Below are positions 13,201-32,700 of a DNA stretch of 64,000 nucleotides, one piece after another. The stretch is from positions 1-64,000 of the forward strand of contig NIVC01003531.1 in the NCBI GenBank assembly GCA_002269645.1, written 5' to 3'. This DNA is from Macrostomum lignano (lineage: Eukaryota). Position 1 is the first letter of the stretch; each line of letters opens with the position of its first letter. The notes under the pieces are model-generated. The model was given only the letters and a program-made list of their open reading frames with translations. It was not told the DNA's origin and ran no database searches. A program made the translations under genes and the position numbers.

Positions 13201-15558
13201 AGTCGACTGCCAATTTAGTCAATGGGTTTCGTTTCTTCTTTTCACTGGAACCTGTGGTGGGATTAGCAAAAGATCGATTTCGCATATCTGTTTAGTGATT
13301 TCAAGGACGACAAAATCATTCTTCTCTGCATGTCAGCTCCAGAAGATGCTAGTTTGCTTGCAGCTTTCTGTAGGAGCATTCTACTTTAGTAAAGTGTACC
13401 CATTCTAAAATAAGCTGTTTTTAATATGTCCCAACAAGTCTCTGTGCAGTGTGTCATCCGTTTGCCCATCAATTTGTTCTGGAGCCCTTTATTAATTGAG
13501 TTCTTTAGGTGACTTAACAAATGCGGAAAAAACTAGACACACACACACAGTGGCCCAACACTTCGTGTCCCAATAATTGCTAGGAAAAATGCACTGCAGT
13601 GTTTAAGCATCTCCTCTGAGGGGCCCTTGCATGCATAGCTATAGAATCTGCTAAGACCCGATCTGAGAGTTAAAAGTACAAAAAGTTATAACGCTTCTAG
13701 ACACGAAAACGAATGCAGCCACAGCATGAACTAACCTTTTATTGAAGCTTCTGCTTTAAATACTTTGATGCTGTGAAGCATTCTGGCATCTAGCATTACT
13801 CTCGTAGACTATTAGCTGCTCTCCTGAGTTCGAAGCTGACAGGTCCGTTGCAGTCGGCATCGATTGAGTCGACTGCCAATTTAGTCAATGGGTTTCGTTT
13901 CTTCTTTTCACTGGAACCTGTGGTGGGATTAGCAAAAGATCGATTTCGCATATCTGTTTAGTGATTTCAAGGACGACAAAATCATTCTTCTCTGCATGTC
14001 AGCTCCAGAAGATGCTAGTTTGCTTGCAGCTTTCTGTAGGAGCATTCTACTTTAGTAAAGTGTACCCATTCTAAAATAAGCTGTTTTTAATATGTCCCAA
14101 CAAGTCTCTGTGCAGTGTGTCATCCGTTTGCCCATCAATTTGTTCTGGAGCCCTTTATTAATTGAGTTCTTTAGGTGACTTAACAAATGCGGAAAAAACT
14201 AGACACACACACACAGTGGCCCAACACTTCGTGTCCCAATAATTGCTAGGAAAAATGCACTGCAGTGTTTAAGCATCTCCTCTGAGGGGCCCTTGCATGC
14301 ATAGCTATAGAATCTGCTAAGACCCGATCTGAGAGTTAAAAGTACAAAACTTATAATTTTTGTGGTTGGACACGTAGGCTATTGAGTGTCAATGGATTCA
14401 GACGAAATGTCAAGTTTTACTCAAAGCTTTTACAGCTTACTGGTTAAAGTCGACGGATCCTTTGGCAATTGCGCCACATGGCAGTTGATCAAAGGTGATA
14501 TACCTGAAGTAAAGGTAGGTACTGCTTAGCAGGAGCAGTATTTTTTATAGCATTTAAATATAAATGCTTCTTGTTTCCGACAAAGTTTTTTAATACCACT
14601 TACATGTTTCTCGCTGTGCCATTCCATGCTGTTCTTTCCATACCATGGTGACTCGGGTGCCATGGCAGAGGCAGAGTTGACCATTGATTTCAGCATAGCG
14701 AGTACATGCCAATTTAGTTTTACCGTACGTTTGCGGGGTGGCGTCAATAATAGACCAAAATAAAAGTACACTTAACTAGCAAGGGGACTCTGGTAAATTG
14801 GAGCCATGTACACAGGGGGGTAGGGCTTAGTCCTAACATGTACGGGGTAAGTCCTAATATGAGTGGGCTTTTGTAAACGACACTCTAGCACACAGTCCCA
14901 ACAATTTATAGAATATCGAATGCGCGCAGCAGTCAATAGCATGAGTCCTAACAAGAGTGGGCTGTTGTATTCAACACTGCAACACTGTCCTAACAATTTA
15001 GTTCGTGTAGAGTACTGATGCCCATCACAGTCAGAAGTACATGTAAGCCCTTGTCATTTTTTTAGGTTTATCTCCATCCAGAACCATCCTTTGACAATAA
15101 AATACCCTTAAAAGTGTTTTGCTATGCTTTGCTTTGTATGTATTTTAATGTATGCTATGTATTTACGTCTTGTAACAAAGACTGCAGCAAATGAATGCGC
15201 TTGAAATCTACTATTAGTAAAAATATGAGAAAAAACCAATAAAAATATGCGGGAGCAGATGAGCCATTTCAGTGTCCCAATAGTGATTTGGTCGAATTTT
15301 GTATCATTTTTCCTTATTGGGACGCCAGTTTTTGCTTAATTATGGACTCAGAAAGTAAAATTATTAAAAATGAGTTGCACCATCAAAAAGAGGCTGTCGA
15401 GCTGAATCCATAGAGTATTTTTTTGAGCTGCTATTGTAAGTTTTTTGGAAGTGTTGGACGGACTTGATGGGACAGTCCCAACATTTTTTTTGGCCCAACA
15501 GAGCGGGTCCCGTTGTACGCGTATGGCCCAACAAATGCCCCGTGCGCAAACACACACA

Positions 15559-15613
<55 letters not shown>

Positions 15614-16227
15614 ACACACACACACACACACAGTATTACTATGAAATGAGTCAATTAAGACATAAGTTATCTCTCTCCGCCAGGATTTACAACATGACCG
15701 TGAAGGTGAAGGAGCATCAGGCCGACGTCATGCGCATCGAGGCCGTCCTGCTGCTCGGTGGGGTCTACCTGGACCTGGACGTGATCACCCTGAACGCCAT
15801 GGAGCCGCTTCGCAAATACCAGTTCGCCATCGGCAAGGAGCTGCCCACAGTCCTCTGCAACGGCGTGTTCAGCGGCGCGCCCAACAACACCGTGCTGGCG
15901 CTCTGGCACCTCTCCTACCAGACCTTCGACGACGCCTCCTGGGGCGGCCACTCGCTGTACGTGATCGGCGACATCTGCAAGCACTTTCCCGGCCACTGCC
16001 ACATTGAAGAGGACTCGCTGGACAGGCCGGGCTGGATCAACTTCGGCAAGATGTACGGCGAGGGCGACCGCACCTGGGACTGGCAGACAAAGAATTACGC
16101 CATGCACCTGTTCTACCGGCTGTACGGAGTGCAGCACGACCTGAAATCCATTCGCACCGTCAACAACACCCTGGGCGACATGTTTCGCTTCATCTTGTTC
16201 GGCAGGAAAGAGCCCTTCAAGAGCTGA
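6196..16227 (+). CDS. Type II membrane DXD glycosyltransferase, GT32 family (alpha-1,4-GlcNAc/Gal-transferase-like, Gly_transf_sug domain), ~406 aa, 2 exons
   Basis: Exons 6196-6872 and 15684-16227 join in phase (AA|gtaagt ... ccgccag|G) to read QRPVTQKIYNMTVKVKEHQADVMRIEAVLLLGGVYLDLDV. N-terminal TM helix IGLAVFALGLVLTIPLLLL; the H..D..R...L...GG.YLD.D signature is typical of GT32. Start codon inferred. Confidence 0.88.
6985..7176 (-). mobile_element. tRNA-derived SINE with CORE(MIR)-like domain
   Basis: Minus strand: tRNA-like head 7176-7104 with A box (tcgagtggtt) and B box (ggttcgattcc), then cttgagcagaacacttagctctgcattgcttcagttcacccagctgtaaaataag, which aligns by eye to the MIR CORE consensus. 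3' boundary uncertain. Confidence 0.7.
7231..7264. repeat. (CA)n microsatellite
   Basis: Visible dinucleotide run. Confidence 0.97.
7269..15546. mobile_element. Putative ~8.3-kb TIR element inserted in (CA)n, containing the 666-bp array
   Basis: cgcaccgggcacttgttgg (7269-7287) matches the reverse complement of 15528-15546 at 17/19, each next to a (CA)n tract. A gtcccaa/ggcccaac/gtcctaac motif recurs inside. No transposase recognised. Confidence 0.4.
7790..14349. repeat. Tandem array of ~10 nearly identical 664-666-bp units (last one truncated) inside the glycosyltransferase intron
   Basis: Marker ctcctgagtt at 7831, 8497, 9162, 9828, 10492, 11158, 11824, 12489, 13155, 13821. Confidence 0.98.
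15549..15631. repeat. (CA)n microsatellite
   Basis: Visible run ending ~50 nt before the acceptor at 15683. Confidence 0.97.
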
Positions 16228-16525
16228 TGGACTGTACTGCATCGCCCCGCTGTTTCCTTTGCAATTTTATTCCCGTGAATCGGAACTTCATGTTCTAATT
16301 ACTAACAAATTGGTCCCTATAGTGCTTCAATTTGGCTTTGGTAACCTACTCTCTTGTTCAACTGATCACTGTTCTGGCTGCAACTTTTGCTGCAATATAT
16401 AATTATAACCATGCTGCGTGTTGCCAAACACCACTACTTACAGTCGTATTGCACGTGCATTGAAGCTGATGCGAAAGTCTACAATAGTAAAATTAATAAA
16501 AAAGCTCTGTTTCACCAACTATAAT

Positions 16526-16785
16526 GACACAGACACTAGAGATACTGACACAGACACTAGAGATACTGACACAGACACTAGAGATACTGACACAGACACT
16601 AGAGATACTGACACAGACACTATAACAACTAGAGACACTGACAGACACTAGAGACACTGACACAGACACTAGAGACACTGACACAGACACTAGAGACACT
16701 GACACAGACACTAGAACAGCTAGAGACACTGACACAGACACTAGAACAGCTAGAGACACTGACACAGACACTAGAACAGCTAGAG
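16526..16785. repeat. 21-bp minisatellite (gacacagacactagagatact and variants)
   Basis: Period of 21 is visible. Confidence 0.95.
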
Positions 16786-17168
16786 ACACCGCTAGCCACT
16801 CAAATATCTGCGGCCCCGAATGAAATTTTCTTGGAAAACAACGCAAAAAGAAAAAAATTAGATTAGAGATGCCTGGCAGTCTGCAAGCTCCATAACTGGA
16901 TTTTGCCTGAGTCTACCGGATCCTCTGAAGTTCTTGCCCACCGGGCAGCACCGTGAGGGCCGCAGCTCAACTGGATTATCCTACAATTAATCAAATCCAG
17001 AGCAGGATGCAGAAGCGTCCGAGCTGCATAAAAGCTAAGAAATCGAGTCCGGGTAACCCGCGGGGCCGCAGTTAAGAGAGAAACTCTGCAGCAAGACAAA
17101 ACAAAACACTGAAGACTTGCTGTTGAAGTTTAGTTTTAAATTCCCAAAAAACAATCCAGCATTGCTGA

Positions 17169-20220
<3,052 letters not shown>

Positions 20221-20484
20221 TTGCCTGCACAGACGCTAAACAAAACTCTCGCTAACTTCCGTTAAATTTGATTCAAAATTCTCATTCTTCAGAGAAAAAG
20301 CAAAGGTGCCCGGGTATCTGTAGGGCACAGCGCGTCCTTTCTGCAGCTTCTGTTGCTTGAAACACTGTTGCAGCCCACAAACTTTTTCTAGTTGAGCGCA
20401 AATACAAATGGCTCTGCTACGAGCAAATCACTCATTGAAGCACGACAGCTGTTGCACAAGTAATGCTTTTGACAGTCAGGTTGA

Positions 20485-21451
20485 CAGATCAGCATCAATT
20501 CTGCATCAGATCAGCATCAGCATCAGCATCAGCATCAGCATCAGCATCAGATCAGCATCAGATCAGCATCAGCATCAATTCTGCATCAGATCAGCATCAG
20601 CATCAGCATCAGATCAGCATCAGATCAGCATCAGATCAGCATCAGATCAGCATCAGCATCAATTCTGCATCAGATCAGCATCAGATCAGCATCAGATCAG
20701 CATCAGATCAGCATCAGATCAGCATCAGATCAGCATCAGCATCAATTCTGCATCAGATCAGCATCAGATCAGCATCAAATCAGCATCAGCATCAGATCAG
20801 CATCAGATCAGCATCAGCATCAGATCAGCATCAGATCAGCATCAGATCAGCATCAGCATCAATTCTGCATCAGATCAGCATCAGCATCAGCATCAGCATC
20901 AATTCTGCATCAGATCAGCATCAGCATCAGCATCAGCATCAATTCTGCATCAGATCAGCATCGGCATCAGCATCAATTCAGCATCAATTCAGCATCAATT
21001 CAGCATCAATTCAGCATCAGCATCAATTCTGCATCAGATCAGTATCAGCATCAGCATCAATTCAGCATCAATTCAGCATCAATTCAGCATCAGCATCAAT
21101 TCTGCATCAGCATCAATTCTGCATCAATTCTGCATCAGCATCAATTCTGCATCAATTCTGCATCAGCATCAATTCTGCATCAGATCAGCATCATCATCAG
21201 CATCAGCATCAGCATCAGCATCAGCATCAGCATCAATTCTGCATCAGATCAGCATCAGCATCAGCATCAGCATCAGCATCAGCATCAGCATCAATTCAGC
21301 ATCAATTCAGCATCAATTCAGCATCAGCATCAATTCAGCATCAGCATCAATTCAGCATCAATTCAGCATCAGCATCAATTCAGCATCAATTCAGCATCAA
21401 TTCAGCATCAATTCAGCATCAATTCAGCATCAATTCAGCATCAGCATCAGC
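20485..21451. repeat. Compound microsatellite of CAGCAT / CAGAT / CAATT units
   Basis: Visible low-complexity array. Confidence 0.95.
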
Positions 21452-21946
<495 letters not shown>

Positions 21947-22277
21947 ACTGCTTAAAGTGCTTTTAGTCAGAGTTTTTTTGCATCTGGAAAACTACCCGCA
22001 TTGTGCTGGCCAAGGCTGTGAATTTCATCATTCATTTATGGCCGCTCAGCACGCGAGATACGTGGGCAAGCGCTGAGCCGGCAGCTGCTGCATGATTGGT
22101 GATCATTATCAATGCATACGCGATGAGCAGCCGACCCATCAAGCAGCAGCTTCTCCCAAGCACAGAGATGGCGCATAATAGCAGCCCAGCATCCAGCAGC
22201 TGTCAGCTCCACTGACTGACTGACTGACTGACTGACTGACTGACTGACGAACTAACGAAACTAACTAACTGAAACAG

Positions 22278-22515
22278 ACGCATCCGAACGTCACCCGAAT
22301 GGTGGTCAGCTCCGCAATGACTCCAGACAACTGCGCCAAAGTGTGCTCACTCGGCGGCTTCCCATAATTCGGTTTGCAGTTCTCCAGTGCTTTTGCGGCT
22401 GGACCTACGGATCCCTCGGACAGGCTGAGGACAAAGACTGCGACACAGCGTGCCAAGGCAATGCCTCGATTAACTGCGGCGGACCATACAGGAACTCGGT
22501 CTTCGCAATGCGCTA
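22278..22515 (+). pseudogene. WSC-domain exon with an in-frame stop and a frameshift
   Basis: After ctaac...aaacag| it reads THPNVTRMVVSSAMTPDNCAKVCSLGGFP*FGLQFS, then shifts frame to QCFCGWTYGSLGQAEDKDCDTACQGNASINCGGPYRNSVF (WSC Cys pattern). TAA at 22365-22367 replaces the usual Tyr. The 3' boundary is approximate. Confidence 0.72.
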
Positions 22516-22976
22516 CGTTTTGCAGAATTTTTGCATGTATTTATTGCCTACTATCTTTTCGTGCTAAATATTATTACTCATCTATTACTTTTTTAAATAC
22601 ATACATACGCTCGTACTAGCTGATGTGGGCAGCAGCCACACGAATGCAATAGTAATAAATGTTAAAAAACTATCTGAATCTTTGTGATAAAAGAGAAAAG
22701 GCTGAGTGGCCTACTAAAAGTAGCAAAACTAGTAAGCGAAAACTTTCTCCTTTCTCAGTCCGCGGTCATTCCCTTGTCGGCCTGAAATCAGAGGCCATGG
22801 GACTCAGATAAGGTCGTACCGCTAAGATACTATCCGACTCTGACAAATAAGAGTCCTTCGGACTTTACTTTTTACACCGGGACGGTTCCCGTGAGGATTT
22901 TTTATTAGATTGACAATTTCTACAACTTCCAACAAGGTCTTGGTATGCCGTATATTTGTCGGATCGCAAGTGCATA

Positions 22977-23127
22977 CCCACGTCCTGTAATCAACACCCA
23001 CGTCCTGTAATCCACACACCCACGTCCTGTAATCCACACACCCACGTCCTGTAATCCACACACCCACGTCCTGTAATCCACACACACACGTCCTGTAATC
23101 CACACACCCACGTCCTGTAATCCACAC
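22977..23127. repeat. 20-24-bp minisatellite (cacgtcctgtaatccacacacc), left part, interrupted by the LINE
   Basis: About 7 units abutting the 3' end of the LINE. Confidence 0.95.
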
Positions 23128-23192
23128 TTTGACTTAGCTACAGGGGGCTCCGTGCGTTCGGAAACAGCGAGGAGGCGTTGCCGCCCATTTCG

Positions 23193-27187
<3,995 letters not shown>

Positions 27188-28182
27188 GGGGCGCTGGCCA
27201 AACCACAAAGCCGAAGCGAACCTACGCGGCTATGGCCAAAAGGCAGCCGGCCCTGGTTATCCAAGGCCAGGAGACGCCTCTTACGGCCGAACAGCTCGAC
27301 CTTATCTGGCGCAGGTTGGACTCCCACCTGGTCAAGATGGCCTTGAGCGGCACTACCATTCGAGTCCAAAAGACGAAAGTCGAGGACCAAGCCCTCTATA
27401 TCCAGCCCACCGACAGCCAGTCAGGACAGCAGCTCCTCGAGCTGCTGAAAACCTTCGACTGGGGTACGGAGCTGGAGAACCTGTTCATCTACAGGGAGGA
27501 CGAGCGACCCGGACACACCGGCACCGTGCCTGGATTCCGGCTCGCAGCTGCATCACCAAGGCCGACGAGCTGCGTCACCTGCTAGTGGCTTCCAACCCGG
27601 AGCTACCGGCCAACGGTGTCGTAGTTCACGAGACCATCTCCAAGCCAGGCGGAGACGGTTTCACGGCTATTCTTGGACTGTCGGATAGCTGGATGCTCCG
27701 CTACCCGGACATGTCCATCATCTCTGTCGGGCTGTTGCAGATTCAGCTCTTTAGCTTTGAGTCTGACGCCACCCGCCCACCGCCCCCGGAGAAGCGTAAG
27801 CGGGCAGTCGGGGGCTCTGCCGGGCGGAAACGCCCAGGAAAAGAAGCTCCCGGTCGTCACGACCCCTCCGAGGACGTGGACCCTGTCAGAGGGAAAGCCG
27901 CGAAAGCTGCAGCAACAGGCGGACGTGGAAAGGGCCGGAAACCCGCCCGGAACACTATCCGCTCTGGTCTGACTCAGCGCGCGAAACAGCTGCTGGACAC
28001 CGCCAAGGCCCCCAACCGCAGCCACCCCCAGCCCAGTGTCACCACTGCGGCCCCCCCGGAAAACCGGGCCGAGAGCGAGAATGCCGCCCTGGTAGCGACC
28101 TCGCCCTCGACCATGGAATCCATCCGGGAGGAGCCCATGGAGCTGGAGCCTGGAGCTATCGGCGAGGCAGAAGAGGCAGCTC
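27188..28182 (+). CDS. Inverted fragment of LINE ORF1 (DUF4780-like, LOA-type), one frameshift near 27510
   Basis: KPKRTYAAMAKR..., then after a 1-nt shift RHRAWIPARSCITKADELRHLLVASNPELP. This resembles the RAWIP...NP.LP motif of LOA ORF1 proteins (from recall, not searched). Confidence 0.7.
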
Positions 28183-28633
28183 TCCTGTAATCCACACACC
28201 CACGTCCTGTAATCCACACACACACACGTCCTGTAATCCACACACACACACGTCCTGTAATCCACACACCCACGTCCTGTAATCCACACACCCACGTCCT
28301 GTAATCCACACACACACGTCCTGTAATCCACACACACACGTCCTGTAATTCACACACACACGTCCTGTAATTCACACCCACATCCTGTAATCCACATCCA
28401 CATCCTGTAATCCACACACACGTCCTGTAATCCACACACACACGTCCTATAATCCACACACACGTCCTGTAATCCACACACGTCCTGTAATCCACACCCA
28501 CATCCTGTAATCAACACCCACGTCCTGTAATCTACACCCACGTCCTGTAATCAACACACACGTCCTGTAATCCACACACACGTCCTGTAATCCACACCCA
28601 CATCCTGTAATCTACACCCACGTCCTGTAATCC
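28183..28633. repeat. Right part of the same 20-24-bp minisatellite
   Basis: About 21 units, ending in tccag. Confidence 0.95.
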
Positions 28634-28635
28634 AG

Positions 28636-28993
28636 CCGGGAGTCACAAATTATGAGGACTACATGTAGATGCGCTGCCGCAAAACCGAGTCATTCATTCG
28701 GCAGCGAATGCTCATCGTACCGCTTGGACCCCAGCCGGCCCCAGCTGGTGGTGAGCAGCTCCTACTCGAAAAGCACCTACTGGGCTGAAGCCAGTCCGGA
28801 TGTGATCAGCTGCTTTCTAAAGTGCGACACCGCCGCTAGCAACTGCCTGGCGGTGCTCTTGAGCCGACAGACTCGGCTCTGCTACCTGCTGAAGTTCGCC
28901 CTGGTGCCGCAGGCTCTGAGCACCGTCGAGGGAGTTTTATGCTCGTGGCTAAAACGGTTTCTCATTGAACAAAATGTCGAAAGTTTTTTTTAA
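28636..28993 (+). other. Possible PAN/apple-like Cys-containing exon (perhaps the same gene or pseudogene as the WSC exon)
   Basis: GC-rich open frame ...ISCFLKCDTAASNCLAVLLSRQTRLCYLLK with C-x3-C...C...C spacing, following a tccag acceptor-like site. Phase with upstream exons not resolved. Confidence 0.3.
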
Positions 28994-29688
28994 TTCTATT
29001 TTTCTGAAAAACTTTTGAAAAATCGTACATCAGCGTAGAACGTGTGCTTAAAGTAGTTAATTTTTATTATCTTATATGTTATGAGCTGACTCAAGTTCTC
29101 AGCCTCTTATAACGTTACTAACGGTTAATATATAGAGCTCCTTTCTGACCAACTATATGAACATAACAGCATCCCAAACAGAATTAGTTTGAGTTCAAAC
29201 AATCGTGAGTTCATTCACTAGTGAGGCAGGTGGCAGAGGGGCTCTTGATTAAGTGATTAAGTTGGTTAAACGCTTGAAATCCTTTTTTTAAAATTTAAAA
29301 AAAATTAAATCTTTATTATTGTTGTCTCCTACGGGGGGGCTAAGATTGCTAGTCCAATATACTAAAATTTGTACGCAAATGCTAAGAAACTGAAATATTG
29401 CTATCTCGCTAGTGCGAATTGAAGAACACTTCAAGTCATACTCTGAATTGTACAGCATTGCTGCACTGCCTACAAACTACGCAGCAACAGGCCAGGGGGT
29501 GCTCAGTTGTACAGCTAAAATATCTGCTCAAGTACTCAGCCGACCAAACAAAAGTAAGAGAGACGAACCAACCAGAGCAAATGAGGGGTCGGCGAGACCA
29601 GATGCGCAGCAATAAATGCAAGAGCAGGGAGCGGAGGAGGGTGACAGCTCAGCTCAGAACCCGGACTGCTCCAGGAGAGACTAGTACT

Positions 29689-29702
29689 GTTGCCATGGAG
29701 AC
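29689..29702. promoter_or_regulatory. X-box-like motif (GTTGCCATGGAGAC) overlapping the ankyrin gene ATG
   Basis: 12/14 match to the X-box palindrome; ATG at 29695. Confidence 0.35.
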
Positions 29703-32700
29703 TAAAATTGCAGAGGCCCTGCAGAACGAAGACAGCGAGAGGCTGCAGCAGCTGTGCCGGCAGCTTGACAGGTGAGAGACTGCAGTCAGGCGTCAGCTGA
29801 AACTTATTATGGCATTTCCCGCTCAGGTTAGGAGCCTTAAATTTGATCACAGATAGGAAATTCAAGCTTGAAAGTCGACAAAAACTTTAGTCTATGGTCG
29901 AAACCCATGCCAATGTAATCTGCGCTGTCATAAACTCGGCGACACGGGTTGAGAACGAGGATGCGCAGTTGTGTTAGAGGAGGAGGTGAGTCCTCAGCAC
30001 TCCACCAGCTCAGCTGTCAGTTCAGGTTGCATGACAGGAGCTCAGATGTCTTTAATAAACGACTCATCGCCACTCATTTGCTCGTGCCAAAGTCCTGCAC
30101 AAGCCCTGAGGCGATTAAAAACTTTGTCTATGTCTAAAACTCCTTACGTGATCAAGATCAGTCAGTGGCAAAAACGCTTTGCTCTTAGTGATTGAACTCG
30201 CCCTCCGATGACCGAATTGCTGGCTTGATGGCATGGGTTTCGGCCATAGACTAAAGTTTTTCAACTTTCAGGTTTAATCAGCTTTTAGCCTTTTAACTTT
30301 CAGCTTTTCTCTATTATTAGAGGCAAACAAACCATGCCCATTCGATTTGGACAACCGGTTTCCCCCTGTTTGATTAAAATCAAATTAAAAATTGCCATCT
30401 GGATGGCAAAAGTCTGCATTCAATCGCGAAATGCAACGCTGCGCACTGGCAACCATATTGGGCCATAAAATACAGCAAGCAACTCAAGGAAGCGATTGTA
30501 AAGCTAGCTATAAGGCCAGGTACGACAAAGCAGGTACTGCAACGCGCAGCCAGTGTACACTGAGCATTTGTATGCAGCTCTAGTGGCCACTCCTGCGTGA
30601 AAGGCGGTGCACTCTTATTGACAAGTAGGGCAGTTCGCGAGGCGCCCTGAGGCAGAGTCTGAGTAGTCCCTCTGCCCCGAGTTAGGGCAGCCACCCCCCT
30701 CTTAGCCTGCATTTCAAAGCTATTTTCTAAGAAAGCTACGCGGCGAGTTTCGAGTTTCGAATTTCGTCAGCGGGTGCTCTGCTTTTAACCGCGAGAAGAA
30801 AAATGCTAATGAAGCTTTTGGAAGAACTCTAAAAATATCGAAAAATGAGTCTGAAACTCACCCCCGAAATCTGAGATCCGAAAACATTAGGTATAAAATT
30901 CTAACACTGGTTATCCCACACTGGTTATCCCACAATGGTTATCCCACACTGGTTATCCCACAATGGTTATCCCACACTGGTTATCCCACAATGGTTATCC
31001 CACACTGGTTATCCCACAATGGTTATCCCACACTGGTTATCCCACACTGGTTATTCCACAATGGTTATCCCACACTGGTTATCCCACACTGGTTATCTCA
31101 CAATGGTTATCCCACACTGGTTATCCCACACTGGTTATTCCACACTGGTTATCCCTCACTGACAATCCCACAATGGTTATCCCACACTGGTTATCCCACA
31201 ATGGTTATCCCACACTGGTTATCCCACAATGGTTATCCCACACTGGTTATCCCACACTGGTTATCACACAATGGTTATCCCACACTGGTTATCCCACAAT
31301 GGTTATCCCACACTGGTTATCCCACACTGGTTATCCCTCACTGACAATCCCACACCATCTCCTTTGCATCCAGCAACCCGACGGTAACTCTCGAAGGCTT
31401 CGACGCGGACGCGGAGCCGCCGGCGCAGTCGGTGGCGCACCAGCTGGCCTGCCGGTCGCGCAGCGCCAAGGCGCTCTCGGCGCTGCTCCGCCAGGTCGGG
31501 CCGGGCTGTCTGGCCAGCAGGAACGCCTGTGGCGACACGCCGCTGCACTGCGCCGCCCGGTACCAGACCGACGCCTGGCTGCAGCTCATCTGCGACCGGC
31601 TCCAGCTCGATGACGTCGACTTCGACGTCGCCGCCGCCTTCCGCCAGCCCGGCCGGTCGAGGCGAACCCCGGCGCACAGCGCGGCGCAAAACCGGCGGAG
31701 CAACTCGGCGCTACGGTGGCTGGTGCGGCACTGCGGCAGCGGCTGCCTCGCCGACACTGACGAGTTTGGCTTCACCGCGGTGCACCTGGCCGCCTGGCAC
31801 CAGGGCGTCAACTCAATGGAGCTGCTCAGAGATGTTCTGGGAGGCACCGCCTGCTTTCTGCAGCAGGGCCGTTGCGGCCGGACCGCCGTGCACTGCGCCG
31901 CCGTCAACCCGGTAGCTGCTGGGGGCCTTGCGGGGAGCGGGTTGCCATGGATACGGCCTCTGATTAGTGCTTGTGGCGCATACTGATAGTCATAAAGGAT
32001 TGCTAATCTAGCCTATCATGGATGCAGGAATAGAATGGATTGCTAATCTAGCCTATCATGGATGCAGGAATAGAATGGATTGCTAATCTAGCCTATCATG
32101 GGTGCAGGAATAGAATGGATTGCTAATCCAGCCTATCATGGATGCAGGAATAGAATGGATTGCTAATCTAGCCTATCATGGATGCAGGAATAGAATGGAT
32201 TGCTAATCTAGCCTATCATGGATGCAGGAATAGAATGGATTGCTAATCTAGCCTATCATGGGTGCAGGAATAGAATGGATTGCTAATCTAGCCTATCATG
32301 GGTGCAGGAATAGAATGGATTGCTAATCTAGCCTATCATGGGTGCAGGAATAGAATGGATTGCTAATCTAGCCTATCATGGGTGCAGGAATAGAATGGAT
32401 TGCTAATCTAGCCTATCATGGGTGCAGGAATAGAATGGATTGCTAATCTAGCCTATCATGGGTGCAGGAATAGAATGGATTGCTAATCTAGCCTATCATG
32501 GGTGCAGGAATAGAATGGATTGCTAATCTAGCCTATCATGGGTGCAGGAATAGAATGGATTGCTAATCTAGCCTATCATGGGTGCAGGAATAGAATGGAT
32601 TGCTAATCTAGCCTACCGACACCTGCAGAATGGCAACTCTACCCTGAAGTGGCTGATCAAGGAATGCGGCCGGGCCTGCCTGGAGATCGAGGACAGCTAC

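Noticed and set aside
7790-14349. 666-bp array as 5S, snRNA, SL-RNA or histone cluster, or CRISPR
   Set aside because: No recognisable RNA gene or ORF (the single 71-aa ORF arises from an indel in one copy), only an isolated B-box-like gttcgaagc, and no unique spacers.
14526-14996. Short minus-strand ORFs as transposase remnants
   Set aside because: No recognisable catalytic motif.
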